From NCBI RefSeq assembly GCF_030684315.1, contig NC_081363.1, positions 23,376,116 through 23,440,115 on the forward strand: DNA of 64,000 bases, given 5' to 3'. Position numbers and translations under genes: made by a program. Positions 51,079-63,003 of this stretch are shown in pieces. This stretch comes from Stegostoma tigrinum. Taxonomy: Eukaryota. Each line of letters begins with the position of its first letter. The first letter of the stretch is position 1. The notes under the pieces were generated by a model. The model did not search any database and was not told the origin of the DNA. It saw only the letters and a program-made list of their open reading frames with translations.

Positions 51079-52089
51079 ATTTTGCTATCAAATAGAAGGA
51101 AGTTGCCGACAAGATCTAACAATCTCTCTGGTGTGGACTTATGCTTTCCCAATGCTGCTCTGAACCTCATAAAATGAAAGAAATACACTGGTGTCTACAA
51201 CAGTGATGATGTCAAGCAGGATAAGTTGCCGATCACCTTAAAGTATACTCGCAGTCAGCAATCTGAGAAGTTAAAAACATTGTTTATTTATTCAATGTAA
51301 CAAACTTTGAAATGACTTTTATTTTAATGATGGGGAATGAAGAACTTTAATTTCCACAAATATAATGTTAGGTTTTCATGACTAATGGAGATGTTTAGCA
51401 GTAGTTATGAAATTTGGTACATTGTCTAAGAACATAGTAATGTGTGCACTAATATGGTACAAATTTCTTAAAGATTTTAACAGCATCACCAATAGCACAA
51501 TGTGCCTATTTATTGTCAGCTCAAAAATTTGTAATTGATTGCAGTTTATAAATCTTTTCACAGTGTATCCCATGGGAACATGAAAAATCACTGATGGTTC
51601 ATTCTGCAATTAACTGCACATGTGAGGACTTCAGAAGTTATCAATTTCAAACAAAAATGACAACAAACAAATATGATTTCACTGTTAGTGCTACCAAACA
51701 AATCTTAACAATGAAGCCTTTTTTTATCTTCTTTATTAATTTATTATTATTGGATCTCAGGAACATCTAATGGTCCAGTGTATGGATAAAGCCTAGGTAT
51801 ATTCAACTGGAAATCACAGACAGATTAATTGGTCTCAGACAGGATTATATCATGAAACCATGCTTTGAATTTACTGGCTAGAAATACCAAATTGAATTTT
51901 TATAAAGACTTACGTTACATTCCACTGGCTTATGATCACTGTCAAACATGTTTTTTAGCTGAGAGAGTAATTCTTAGCTATGACCTCGTCAAGTTACAAT
52001 TTTGATCACTAGCCATGACCATATCTGGATCATTGGGCAGCTGGAGAGAGAAAGCAATGTAACAAACCAACAAGTACCAACCAGGGGTT

Positions 52090-52308
52090 GAAAGCTCAGC
52101 AGGTCTGGCAGCATCTGTGAAGAAAAAAATCAGAGTTAATGTTTCAGATCTGGTGACCATTCCTCAGAACTTTCCCAGTTCAGAGGAAAGGTCACTAGAC
52201 CTGAAATGTTTACTCTGATTTTTTTCTTTACAGATGCTGCCAGATCTGCTGAGCTTTTCCAGCAACTCCTGTTTTGATTTACAGTATGTGCAGTTCTCTT
52301 AGTTTTTA
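52090..52308. mobile_element. Palindromic Penelope-like element (family B) with two back-to-back hammerhead motifs
   Basis: Minus 52167-52137: CTGAGGA-AT-GGTC-ACCA-GATC-T-GAAACATT; plus 52181-52210: CAGAGGA-A-AGGTC-ACTA-GACCT-GAAATGTT; CAACCAGG at 52078-52085 and 52317-52324 (possible TSD). Confidence 0.88.
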
Positions 52309-52934
52309 TTAATTATCAACCAGGTATTTCAGTACCTGCTTTCTTTGCAGAACAAGGTAAGCTTTGTGATTCTGAAGAAACATGATCTTGAATGGGCTGT
52401 TTTTCTTCATCTTTCCTCCCTCCTTCTGCCTGCCTCTTTACAGGTCTTCAAATCTGCATGCTAGTTGTAAGTACCCAAACAGACAGAGACTGTATCAAGA
52501 ACTCAAGCCAGAAGTGTGGTTGCCAGTTGAACAGATAAATCATTCGTCTCCAGTTTTAAAGTACCTTGACAGAAAAAGACACAGGACCACAAATTCAGCC
52601 TGAATCTACCCAACCAATGAATCTTAAAGAGCTTATTCGCTTCACTAGATGGAATTTACCCCATCAGTCTATAATGTGTTTGTACACATGTCCAAATCAG
52701 ATCATTTTTACCATTTTTCTGGACTGGGTTTAGAAAAATAAGATCTGTACCCCATGCCTTTTAAAAACTCAGGCAAACATGTCTGTCTTTTATGATCGCA
52801 GCATGTAAACAGTTAATCTCTTACAAAATTGTCCTGTAATTTTTTTTTCAAAAAATTGTTATGGTCAACTGTGTGGGGCAGGAAATTTACCTGCTTCTTA
52901 TTTTTAAACATTTGTCCAAGGGCTATAAGAAATA

Positions 52935-54480
52935 TTAGCTGGCCAGCAAATACTTCCCAACCCTGGAGAATGAGGTGGTGAGGTGCCTTTTTGAACTGTT
53001 GTAGTCCATGTGGTGTAGAGATATCAAAATTGCTGCTAAGAATGTGATCCAGCAACAGTGAAGGAACAGCAATGTAGCTCCAAATAAGGATAGGACATGG
53101 CTCACGATGGAGCTGGCAGGTAATGCCATTCCATACTACTGCTATTCTGGTTGATCTTGGTGCCAGAGGTTTAGATGGTGCTGTCAATGGAGCATTACTG
53201 TGTTCCTGCAGTGCATTATGTAGATGTTACACACTTCTGTTACTGTGTATCAGTTGTCGAGGGAATGAATGTTCAATATGGATGAGGGGGTTGAAGGATG
53301 GGTCAGCAAGTTTGCAGACGACACAAAGGTCGGAGGTGTCGTTGACAGTATAGAGGGCAGTTGTAGGCTGCAGCGGGACATTGACAGGATGCAGAGATGG
53401 GCTGAGATTTGGCAGATGGAGTTCAACCTGGATAAATGCGAGGTGATGCATTTTGGAAGGTCGAATTTGAAAGCTGAGTACAGGATTAGGGATAGGATTC
53501 TTGGCAGTGTGGAGGAACAGAGGGATCTTGGCGTGTAGATACATAGATCCCTTAAAATGGCCACCCAAGTGGACAGGGTTGTTAAGAAAGCATATGGTGT
53601 TTTGGCTTTCATTAACAGGGGGATTGAGTTTAAGAGTCGTGAGATCTTGTTGCAGCTCTATAAAACTTTGGTTAGACCGCACTCGGAATACTGCGTCCAG
53701 TTCTGGTCGCCCTATTATAGGAAAGATGTGGATGCTTTGGAGAGGGTTCAGAGGAGGTTTACCAGGATGCTGCCTGGACTGGAGGGCTTATCTTATGAAG
53801 AGAGGTTGACTGAGCTCGGACTTTTTTCATTGGAGAAAAGGAGGAGAGGGGACCTAATTGAGGTATACAAGCTAATGAGAGGCATAGATAGAGTTGATAG
53901 CCAGAGACTATTTCCCAGGGCAGAAATGGCTAACACGACGGGTCATAGTTTTAAGCTGGTTGGAGGAAAGTATAGAGGGGATGTCAGAGGCGGGTTCTTC
54001 TCACAGAGAGTTGTGAGAACATGGAATGCGTTGCCAGCAGCAGTTGTGGAAGCAAGGTCATTGGGGTCATTTAAGAGACTGCTGGACATGCATATGGTCA
54101 CAGAAATTTGAGGGTGCATACATGAGGATCAATGGTCGGCACAACATTGTGGGCTGAAGGGCTTGTTCTGTGCTGTACTGTTCTATGTTCTATGTTCTAA
54201 TATGCTGGGTAGGAAGCAGAATGTTTTGAGTTGGATACAGGCAAGCCCCTTGAACGTTGTTTATGCAGCATGCATACATGCGATTAGGGAGTACCCCAAC
54301 GCATGCTTCACTTTTAATTTGAAATGGTGTCCAGGCTTTGAGATTACTCATTGCAGAATTCCCAGCATCTGACCTGCTCTTGTAGCCATAATACTTATAT
54401 GGTTGATCCAGTTTTTGTGTGTAGTCTATGAGAATCCCAGGACATCGATAACAAGGTATTCAGTTGTGATATTAAAAACT
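52935..54480 (-). mobile_element. LINE family 2 3' region, split by a young CR1 at 53281-54198
   Basis: GGCCAGCAAATACTTCCC...TTGAACTGTTGTAGTCCATGTGGTGTAG; continues after the CR1 (CAGAATTCCCAGCATCTGACCTGCTCTTGTAGCCA). Confidence 0.7.
53281..54198 (+). mobile_element. Young 5'-truncated CR1, near-identical to the 3' 0.9 kb of the copy at 29269
   Basis: GWVSKFADDTK ... SFKRLLDMHMVTEI*; (GTTCTAT)n tail; TSD AATATG at 53275-53280 and 54199-54204. Confidence 0.97.
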
Positions 54481-55714
54481 TCAGAACTTTAATAACTGCT
54501 CGTGGACTGTAAGAATTTAATATAAACTGTTACACATGGAAAGAAACAGCAATATCTCTATCTGGAATAAGCTATTAAGGGACCAGGACACACGTACATG
54601 GGGATTGAAAGTGATTCGCCAAGCTGGGGAAGAAGACTGAGGCAAGGTAACTTGGACAAAACTGTTGACCAGGTCTTGCTGCACACAGACTCCTTCACTG
54701 TCTGAGGAGTAGCAAATGGTACTAAATATAATGTAATCATTGAACATTCCTATTTTGAACATTGTTGAACCTAAGATGATAGTCATAACAATTACTATTG
54801 AATGATTCATTGTTCAAAAGCAAAACAGAGGATAATTGGGGTTGGCTGCCCAACTCAATGACGAAAACCTTTGCTAACGATGTAGGTTTCAGATGAGTAC
54901 AAGATTCAGTGTTAGTATAAACTGCTCACTTTCACATTAAAGTTCATAAATATGTTCTATCAGTCGAAAGATGAGTACACTTTCCTACAAAGAGGATGAG
55001 AGAGAAGAAAATAGACAGGAGAAAAGAAAAATGAATCCATATGCTTAGCAGGGAGAAGATTTAATGTTTTCAAAGTTAGGTGAAAGTTTACTTGCAAGTA
55101 ATATATCACTGAACTATGCCACTTTAGGCACCCAAATCCAATTTGTGATTGATTAAATCATATTCAAACACATAACTTATCTCGATCAATCTCAGACCCA
55201 TCCATTATTGACTGATAACCATTTACCTCAGATGAAAATTTCTAACATAGTGACATATGAAATTTTGACAATAAAAATATTCCCAATGCTATGATCTGCT
55301 CTTCCTTCTTCTTCATTGCTTGTGGTTTTCTAACACCCACTTAAAGCTAGGTCACCATTAAAACAAAAGGTTACTGCAAATTCAGTTTAATCATCTGAAG
55401 TTTCCCTTGCAGCAGCCAGTTAATACAGATGGCAAGCGCCCTTTGAAGAATGTCCAGATTAGATTTTACCGTAAATAATAGAAACTTTTACCAGACAGCT
55501 CAGACATTATGAAGAAGGCTGTCACATGGTGGTTCAGATGGATTTGATCTGCTTGCACTTAAGCAGCAGCAACTGGTGATAAAATAACACTGTCAGAGCA
55601 GAATGCATTTAACTCTTCACATGCAGTTAAGAAAGAGAAGCTAACTCTACTTGTATGTGAGAACAAATCTGGAGGCCGTAAGTAAAGTTTAGTCACTAGT
55701 ATATTCAATAAGGA

Positions 55715-56050
55715 GTTTTTAAAAGTTCCTTTGTGGGAGGTGGGCATCGCTGGCTGGCCAGCATTTATTGCCCATCTCTAGGTGCCCTTGTGAAGGTGGT
55801 GGTGAGCTGCCTTCATGAACTGCTGCAGTCCACCTGCTTTGGGTTAACACACAATACCATTAGGGAGGGAATTCCAAGAGTTTCACCCAGCAGCATTGAA
55901 GGAATGGCGATGTATTTTCAAATCAGAATGGTGAGTGGCTTGGAGGGGAACTTGAAGCTGGCAGCGTTCCCTTATATCTGCTGCCCTTGTCCTTCTAGGT
56001 AGAATTGGCCATGGGTTTGGAAGACGCTGTCTGAGGATCTTTGGTGAAAT
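55715..56050 (-). mobile_element. LINE family 2 3' end (well preserved)
   Basis: GTGGGCATCGCTGGCTGGCCAGCATTTATTGCCC...GAAGGTGGTGGTGAGCTGCCTTC...GGTGAGTGGCTTGGAGGGGAACTTG. Confidence 0.8.
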
Positions 56051-56129
56051 TAAGGATGGACTTCAAATAAAAATCAGGCCATAGCAATTGTTCCCATGAG
56101 AACTAGTACACTACATAAGTGAAAATGGA

Positions 56130-56250
56130 ATAGAAAGCTTTATCAATGAAAGGAGATGGAAAGGAGTTATGTAGAGGAGTATATGGAGGAAAAAAAAATC
56201 AGCATTGACCTATAAGGCTGAAGGGCCTCCTTCTGTACTGTAAGTACTTT
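56130..56250 (+). mobile_element. CR1 3' tail remnant
   Basis: CAGCATTGACC...GGCTGAAGGGCCTCCTTCTGTACTGTAA. Confidence 0.55.
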
Positions 56251-57305
56251 GTGCATCGAGGTTTGTTGATGAGAACTGTCTTAAAACTGTTGAAGTAATA
56301 TTACTGTTTGCAAAGATTTTCCACAATATTTGTAATATTGGCACAGTCATTATGCAATATGACTGAAACAGTCGGTCTGGTGTATAGTTGTATCTTTTGA
56401 TAGCGTGATGTTAATGCTTCTTGATCATGCTTTTAATGGCAGTGGCAAGGTGAGGGAACTAAAAAAAAGGCAACACAGCTTCTGTTCTCCCCTGCCTGGG
56501 GCGCTGTGCAAATATACTGTGTCGCTGGGGCATCGTGAGAACACATTGGGCTGAATTGGGTGATTGTTGGACTTGGGGCTAGAAGCCTACAAATTTGATT
56601 CCAGGCAGGATTTTTTTTCAGCCTTTCATCCTTCTGAGGTGAATTAGATCAATCCCGAGCCTTTGGACAAGTGGAGAAAGACAGGAGCCTGCAGCGACAG
56701 AAGTTTATTTCCTACGCAGCTGCTACATCGTCTAACTATCTACCGGTGGAATCCAGGATCAGTGCTGCATCAAATAGACAAGCTGTGCTTCGTGCATGCT
56801 GGCTCAACAAATTATCTCTGACTCCGATTGTTTGGTGTTTGAGGGCTGGAGTTGCCAATCCATTATGAAAGCTTTAATAACAAGTTTGATGTGAGTGCCG
56901 CTCCAGTGCAATGTATAATCCAGCTGACTGGGCTCCAACACATTGCATTGTGCTATGAGGTGGGAAGATAGGATTTTGATGCCATCGGTTTCCCACGCAA
57001 CGGTTTCTCAGAATGACAGCAGTGCCACTGTGTGAGTAATTCAGACAGATAATGAAGCGCACTAGTAGGCTTCTGCAACATCTAGATTAGGACCTATACT
57101 CAGGCAGATTTTTTAATACTTGTATTTGGTTATGTTGGATTACTTCAATACATTGAATAAGAAAGAATCAAGTTGAGAAGCATAAAATGGCCTTGTCAAA
57201 AGTTGCCTGATTTCCTTGCCATTAGGTTCCTTTCCTTGAAATTAAGCAGGATTCAGCCAATTTAATAGATAGAATCATAGAGACTAATGCAAGGAGAGCA
57301 CAAGA

Positions 57306-57440
57306 TGTGATGAAGGGTTACTGGAATTGAAATCTTAACTCTGTTTTTCTCTCTACAGTTGCTGCCAGACCTGTTGAGCTTTTCCAGCACTTTCTGTGTT
57401 TGTGTCAGAATTCCAACATCTGAAATTCATTGTTTCTATT
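57306..57440 (+). mobile_element. Single-arm family-B Penelope-like element
   Basis: GTGATGAAGGGTTACTGGAATTGAAATCTTAACTCTG...GCTGCCAGACCTGTTGAGCTTTCCAGCA. Confidence 0.75.
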
Positions 57441-57897
57441 ACAGGGCCACCTAACAGTTCACTATCTCTGTGCTGCTGCCTGAGATAATGGTTCCGAAAG
57501 AGTTAACTTTTATGTTATGTTAGTTCTGACCATTTGACTGATGTCTCACACAATCTATGGGTGGAGACAAGGAATTCAACTCTATCTTGCTGAGGGGAAA
57601 GCGTCTGCTTCTTAAGGTTCCATTAATTATGCTCCCACAAATTCAGTTAAACTTAATGGTGTCATGAAAAGAAATTCTTTTTGTTATCTCAGAACAACTA
57701 CTCTAAAGTGATATAACCTCTTCCACTAAGCATGAGATAGGCCTAAGAGAATGCAAAGACATATCAGCGGCCACAAACCATTTCAACAACCCACAAACAG
57801 TTCAACGCACAGGTAAAGGTGATAAGTACCCTCTGGTTATAGGAGTGGTCATCTGGGAAATCACCACATGCCAACCTTTTCAGAGTACCCCAAAACT

Positions 57898-57993
57898 GAA
57901 AATATCGAAAAAAACTGCAATGCTCATCAGGTCTGCAATAACTGTGGAGAGAAAGCAGAGTTAATGTTTTGGGTCCAGTGACTCTTCTTCAGA
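57898..57993 (-). mobile_element. Single-arm family-B Penelope-like element
   Basis: Minus strand TT-CTGAAGA-A-GAGTC-ACTG-GACCC-AAAACATT-AACT. Confidence 0.72.
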
Positions 57994-58927
57994 ATGTAGC
58001 CCTGCTTAGTTTTTACAGCAATTTCTGTTGTTGTCACCCCAAAACCAATCTCACTGCCCTACATTATTCAAAAAAGTATTCAAATAACCTTTGCTTTCAA
58101 TACGTACATAATTTCTCCTTAACTGATTCAACTGCATCTGCCTCAACTGTCCCGCGCGTTAAAGCAAGTATCTTGTGAAGAAAGCTTTCTTCACCTATGT
58201 CTGCTTCTCGTCATGCTAATTTTTATTTGATGGTTCCACATCACCAACAAAAGAAATAAGCTTTCTTCTTCAAACAGCTAAGTTCCTTCATAATTAAAAA
58301 AAAGAAATTACTAGATCTCATTTTAACTTTCTTGGTTGCCATGGAAATAATTTCCACATTTCTCATCATTGTTATAATTTTCCATTGTAACTACCTCCTC
58401 TCTGCCCCTCTTTTTAACCCAGTGATTGGGCTCCATTATTATCATTGTATCCACCACATTCTCTCCTCCCCCCCGCCAATAACATCATCATTTGGACCTC
58501 TGAACCACCATTTAATTGGTATATTTGGTGAAGAAACACCAAGATCAATGCAGTATGCTCCCTAATAGTCCCCAGTCCCATGAGATGAACTTCAGGTCTC
58601 CTCCACAACAGTTTTGCTGAAGCCTTCTTTGCCTGTTTGAAAGTCTAGTGATCTATTCCTGTAAACAATAGAAGAAATTTGAAGGATTTTCAAATAACTT
58701 GTTCTCCTGTCTTGAAAACGTTTAGGTCGTGAGAGCTAAAATTCTGGTCGTTATTTTCCTTTCAATTTAAAATTTTCCAAAAGCCAGCTATTAGCATTTC
58801 ATGCTACTTACATACTCTTTCCAATCTCAGGACACTCCTAACCCTAACCCTCTTTCCCGCCATCGTTTTTTTTTAAATATGGTTCATGACGCAAGGGGAC
58901 ACTTCAGTTCTTCATTCAAGCATTCCT

Positions 58928-59475
58928 TTAGACTCATAGAACTGTACAGCATGGAAAAAAACACTTTGGCCCAAGTCGTCCATGCTGATCAGATATCCTA
59001 AATAAATCTAGTCCCATTTGCCAGCATTTGGCCCTTCTCCCTCTAAAGCCTTCCTATTCATATACTCATCCAGATGCCTTTTAAATGTTGATAAGATACC
59101 AGCCTCCACCACTTTGTCTGGCAGCTCATTCTATATATGCATCACACTTTGCGTGAAAAAGTTGCCTCTTAGGTCTCTTTTATCTCTTTCCCCCCTTATC
59201 TTAAACCAATGCCCTCCAGTTTTGGAAACCCCTAGCCCAGAAAAGACCGTGTCTATTCATCCTATCCATGCCCCTCATGATTTTATAAACCTCCATAAGG
59301 TCAGCCCTCAGTGTCCAAAACTCCAGAGAAAATAGCCCCAGCCTGTTCAGCCACTTCCTATAGCCTAAGCCCTCCAACCCTGGGAACATCCTTGCAAATC
59401 TTTTCTGAGCTTTTTCAGGTTTTCTACAGCAGGGAAACCAGAATTGCGTGCAGTATTCCAAAAGTAGCCTAACTA
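58928..59475 (-). mobile_element. CR1 LINE 3' fragment
   Basis: EYCTQFW...LEGLGY...LGLFSLE...DLMEVYKIMRGMDR; reverse-complement tail AGACTCATAGAAC. Confidence 0.9.
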
Positions 59476-59494
59476 TATATAATTAATTCATTTA

Positions 59495-60065
59495 CAATTC
59501 TTTCATTCATTCACAGAATATGGACAACACTGGCTAGGCTAACATTTATTGCATATCTCTGACTGTCTTTGAGAGTGTAGAGGTGAGTAACTTTCTTTAG
59601 TTTATGTACAGGGACGAACCACAGTGCTTTTAGAAAGGATGTTCCATTATTCTGTCTCAGTAATAGTGAAGGAATGGTGATATATTCCTTAAAACCTTAA
59701 GATACAGGTGCAGAATTAGCAAAAATCAAGGTCAGGCTAACCAGCCTAAAGTTTCCTTTCTTCTGCCTTCCTCTGTCCTGAAACAGGGGTGTTGCAATAA
59801 TCATTTTCCAGTCCTCTGAGACCCTCCTTGACTACAGTGATTCCTGAAAGATCACCACCGATGCCTCCACAATCTTCTCAGATATCTCCTTCTGAACTCT
59901 GAGGTGTAGACTATCCAGTCAGGGTGATTTGTCCACCTTCAGACTTCTCAATTTTCCTAGCACCTTATCCTTGGTGATGCCTTTGCACATACCTCTGTCA
60001 TCTGACTGTCTAAAAGTTTTGATATGATAATAGTGTCTTCACCATGAAGCCTGATGCAAAAGATG
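59495..60065 (-). mobile_element. LINE family 2 tail (59495-59690) followed by an internal CR1 fragment (about 59725-60065)
   Basis: TTCATTCATTCAC...CATTTATTGC; TTCCAGTCCTCTG (PEDW) and GGTGATTTGTCCACCTTCAG (LKVDKSP). Confidence 0.7.
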
Positions 60066-60271
60066 TAGAGAGATAGCTGATTGTTTTCATAACATGGGTA
60101 AAAGTTGGATATTGAAGAGGAACAGGATGGCAATTACAGGGATGTAATTGTGGAGAAAGAAACTGACAACAATGAAGAAAAGCATGCTGAATGATTGCAG
60201 TTGGAAGACTGAGTACCTGCAGTTAGCAAATGGTATTTTGGGATAACAAAGAAGTAGAGCATTAACTGAAA

Positions 60272-60394
60272 GGAGATAGCAAGAACCTCAGATGCTGGAG
60301 TCAGAGACAACACAGTGTGGAGCTGGAGGAACACAGCAGGTCACGCAGCATCAGGGGAGCAGAAAAGTTGACGTTTCAGATCAGGACTCTTCTT
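60272..60394 (-). mobile_element. Single-arm family-C Penelope-like element
   Basis: CAGATGCTGGAGTCAGAGACAACACAGTGTGGAGCTGGAGGAACACAGCAGG...; minus strand AAGAAGAGTCCTGATCTGAAACGTC. Confidence 0.82.
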
Positions 60395-61538
60395 TAACTC
60401 TATACTGTGTGGTCATTAAGTGAAAGGATATGCAAAGTGGATAAAGTGAATATTGGCATGGGTTCTGGAAGTAGTAAGTGTTGGAAGCTTGAACAATAAA
60501 ATAGAAGGAGATCACCAACAACAAGGTTGGAGGGGAAATGAATGTTCGGTTTTAACGATTGGTGTGGGAGAAGATAATTTAAATGAGGACATTGTCTCCG
60601 AAAGAGAGCTGGAACAGTACACAGAGATCTTTTATGAACAATGTGGAGCAAGTAGAGTGCCAATCTGGACTGAGACTGCCAGTGTTTATGTATTGAAATT
60701 ATTACTGAAATATATTTTGGATAAATAATGATCTCTCTGGTCTGATGAATTTCCAGAAGTCTTTTTCTTCAATTCAGAACTTCAAAAACATACAAAGTTA
60801 AAACTTTTTGTAGCAGCATATTTAAACAATGTCCAATTTTGCAAATCATTGCCGTCATTTTAAAGTTCTTTCAACTATTTATAACATTCTTCCTTTTTTC
60901 CCACTGTGACATGTAGGAAGCAATGTCATATATAACTGCAGCATACATTACAAACTACTGCACTTGTTTTTGCTTGTCAGCATTAACTTTTGCTATTTGC
61001 TTTACTGGAACTTTGTGCTTTTGAAGTTATTGTTCAGCTTTTGTGAGCTTTCTAAGCTGCTGTGTGCTTCGAATTGAACGACAGCAGAAAGTAACCCTGT
61101 ACAACTCTATTAGCTTTTCAAATAATAGCTTTCTGAGTGACATCTTTCATCGACCCACCTTGTAGGTTGGTGATTTTGTATGGCATAAATGGGTTAGATA
61201 AAAAAAATGCAAAAATTTTGATGAATGTCTGTTCTAAAATTGAGTTCATTTCATTTACGTTTAATTTTGACATTTCCACTCATAGCAGATATGTCAGATT
61301 AAAACTATGAAGGGCTTTCAACTCTTTGGATTAATTTAAGGGTTTTGTGAGTATTGATTGAAGTGAATAATTTGTTTCTTATACCTGAAATATAAACAGC
61401 ACATTTCCAACCTGTTTAATCACACATCTACCCAAAGTATTTAGCTCTTTGATTGAAGATTGCTGCAAAATAAGTGAGTATTCATTGGTCGTGTTTTCTT
61501 ATATCACCCTGAAATATATTGACTTGGAGAGACTTATT

Positions 61539-61800
61539 AAAATTAATGCTGGCACTTATAATGTTTACACAGGGTGTGAAATGCAGACATGACACATATG
61601 GCATTAAAATTAGAACTGGTATTTATAATGTTTACGCAGGGTCTCAAATATAGACACTTCATATCGCAGTGGAAAATCATGCTGCATTTATAACGTTTGC
61701 ACAGGGCCTGAATTGCAGACATTACAAATGTTGCTGTTAAAATCATTGCTGGCATTTATAGCATTTAGTCGAGCTTTGTAAAACAGATATTGCCATGTTG
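61539..61800 (+). repeat. Tandem repeat, about 67-bp unit x4 (diverged)
   Basis: Units start at 61539, 61606, 61673 and 61739: AAAAT..TGCTGGCA.TTATAATGTTTACACAGGG....AA.GCAGACA. Confidence 0.85.
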
Positions 61801-62459
61801 GTTGGCATTCAGGTTCAGTCTGGCACTCTGCACAGATGTCGTCACTGAACTAAAGAAACAACAAAAATATGTTGTTAAAGTTAAGATTTAGGCAGGCACT
61901 GTGGTATAGATACTGCAGGTAATAGTACTCAGATGGGGTTGGCTCTAATGACACTCTTACAGGCTCAGAAATATTGGCACTACAATACTTAACATATCAA
62001 TATTTAGGAGGATTCCGATGATAGAGCCACCAGTTCAAACTCATTCAGTTGACAAAGGAAGACCTTCATCCTATTAATCAGCTTGGATTGTAAGCTGCAT
62101 TTGGAGATGAAGAGAAGAAAGAAGAGCATGCTGGATCATTGAGCCAACTAGTTGTGACTGCAGTATCGTCTTTAATGTTCATACCAAACATGAAACCAAA
62201 CCCTCATTAATTCTCTGGCTTGAACATGAGCTAAAGCATGCCTTGTTCACTTGCCATTAGCAACATAGATCGGCTGTGCAGGGAAATAGGAAATGCTGAA
62301 ATTGCCAGTCAAACCTGGAAGAGAAAAGTGGATATTGATACAAAGCCAAGAAGTTTGTCATGGTTATCAGCAATCCTCAGTCAACTCAACACAGATGGCT
62401 TTCAAGATAAGGATCCAAGCAGCAAGCCAAGGGTAGCTTCTGATACGAGCCAAGGTGCT

Positions 62460-63003
62460 TAGCCATGGTCTCTCATCTGTTTGGGACTAATGGAGTCAGG
62501 GTCCTCTACATAAGGCTTACCACTGTTCTTTACTCTTTCTGCCCTACAGATGAATGAATTCATCCTGAAATGAGAGGGGGGCAGTTATTATGAGAGATGA
62601 AGTGGGCAGCAAGGCTGTTACTTTTATTGCAAGTGGGAGATATTCTGATTGAGTAGTAGGCAGCGCAGAGTGAATGCAGGCTGAGCACTGTGGTAATTAA
62701 GGATGGGTGGCCATGAGTGAGAGACAATGTTGCAGCCAAGTGAGATTTGGTAGGAGGTGGGGACAGTAACAGAGATAGAGTGAGGGTGAGGTATTGAATA
62801 GAAGGTGGTGGTTGTCAGAGTGGACATTGACCTTGTTCCTACAGTGCTGTTCATTCCTCTGGATGGTTGAGACTGACCTGGGTGACAAGTTCAGACCAGT
62901 TCTTGTGGGCCCTACTGCCAGTCCTGGGGTAGTGAACATGCTGCCTCAGCACCATTCTGTCCACTGAAGCCTCCAGGACCCTGCAGAATGCTAATTTTCC
63001 CAT
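62460..63003 (-). pseudogene. Fossil PIF/Harbinger Myb/SANT-like gene
   Basis: Minus strand MGKLAFCRVLEASVDRMVLRQHVHYP...SVSTIQRNEQHCRNKVN; possible second exon after CTCATTTCAG (about 62566); same pattern as 46540-47130. Confidence 0.55.

Noticed and set aside
61539-61800. CRISPR-like or zinc-finger-like reading of the 67-bp repeat (Cys/His-rich minus ORF 61543-61755)
   Set aside because: Eukaryotic context, no unique spacers, unit not a multiple of 3, no C2H2 spacing
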